Assembly (NCBI GenBank): GCA_030704615.1
Contig: CM060733.1
Span: 57,784,001-57,848,000, forward strand
DNA: 64,000 nt
Reading direction: 5' to 3'
Source of the DNA: Takakia lepidozioides
Lineage: Eukaryota > Plantae > Bryophyta
Shown here one piece after another: positions 63,540 through 64,000 of the stretch. Below the pieces are notes generated by a model, which had not been told where the DNA came from, made no database searches, and saw nothing but the letters and a program-made list of their open reading frames with translations. The stretch's first letter is position 1. Each line of letters opens with the position of its first letter. The translations under genes and the position numbers were made by a program.

Positions 63540-64000
63540 GAGGGAGAATATACTTATGCCGTTCCCTGTGAACGTTGGCGTGCCATAGCCTTACGGCCAT
63601 TGACCTAGCGGGAAACTTACCCTCCCACAACCACCAGGGTTTAGCTTATTCCCTACAGCTCAGCTGCAGGTATAAACTTATTTTCCTGCAACTGCCATTA
63701 AGGCAGGGCAATTCGCAGAGAGACAGAATGTACTCGTAAAACGTTTGCCGTAGCCTTGTAGCCATAGATTGCACAGAGAGAGAGAGAGAGAGATGCTCAT
63801 AAGACTTTGTTTGCCGTAGCCTTGTGGCCGTAGACCCCGTGCCCAGTTTGAGCAGAACAAAAGGTACCAGAAACTACCTATGTGAGGGGCTCAATCTGGT
63901 AGTATGACTTACCTTGATACAAATGATTGATTTGGGTTTTCCAAATATCTCTAGGAAGCCCTTCACACAAGCATCAATCTGCTGTGTGTGAGCAGCCCAA
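63540..64000 (-). mobile_element. LINE family A 3' region with stacked extra 3' termini, in a PP2C-kinase intron
   Basis: 63795-64000 is collinear with 46735-46930. Two more terminal segments lie at ~63720-63768 and ~63540-63650. Confidence 0.8.

Noticed and set aside
1-64000. CRISPR arrays, rRNA, U12 introns, organellar insertions
   Set aside because: None were seen. All resolved introns are GT-AG except the one candidate GC-AG.

Overview
Intron-rich nuclear DNA from a land plant. The gene content, intron sizes and TTTAGGG-type motifs suggest a non-seed plant such as a bryophyte, but this is inference. Seven protein-coding genes could be spliced by hand: MRE11 (minus, runs off the left edge), a P-class PPR gene, COQ3, a small DUF2279/YfiM-like membrane protein, a FYVE+ankyrin protein, a DMXL/Rav1 (RAVE) WD40 protein, and a PP2C-kinase fusion (minus, 5' part off the right edge). 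An ~12 kb block (25.5-37.3 kb) holds no recognisable host gene. It contains a decayed CRE-clade (restriction-like endonuclease) retrotransposon with a nested LINE mosaic, an intact hAT MITE, other MITE relics, telomere-like motif arrays and an orphan zinc-finger ORF. Two APE-type LINE families leave many 5'-truncated 3' ends in introns. The most notable observations are: a PPR protein made of two motif-for-motif duplicated modules; a 3' stem-loop shared between unrelated retroelement clades; stacked LINE 3' ends; a probable GC-AG intron; and duplicated uORFs. No clearly novel multi-gene system could be established.
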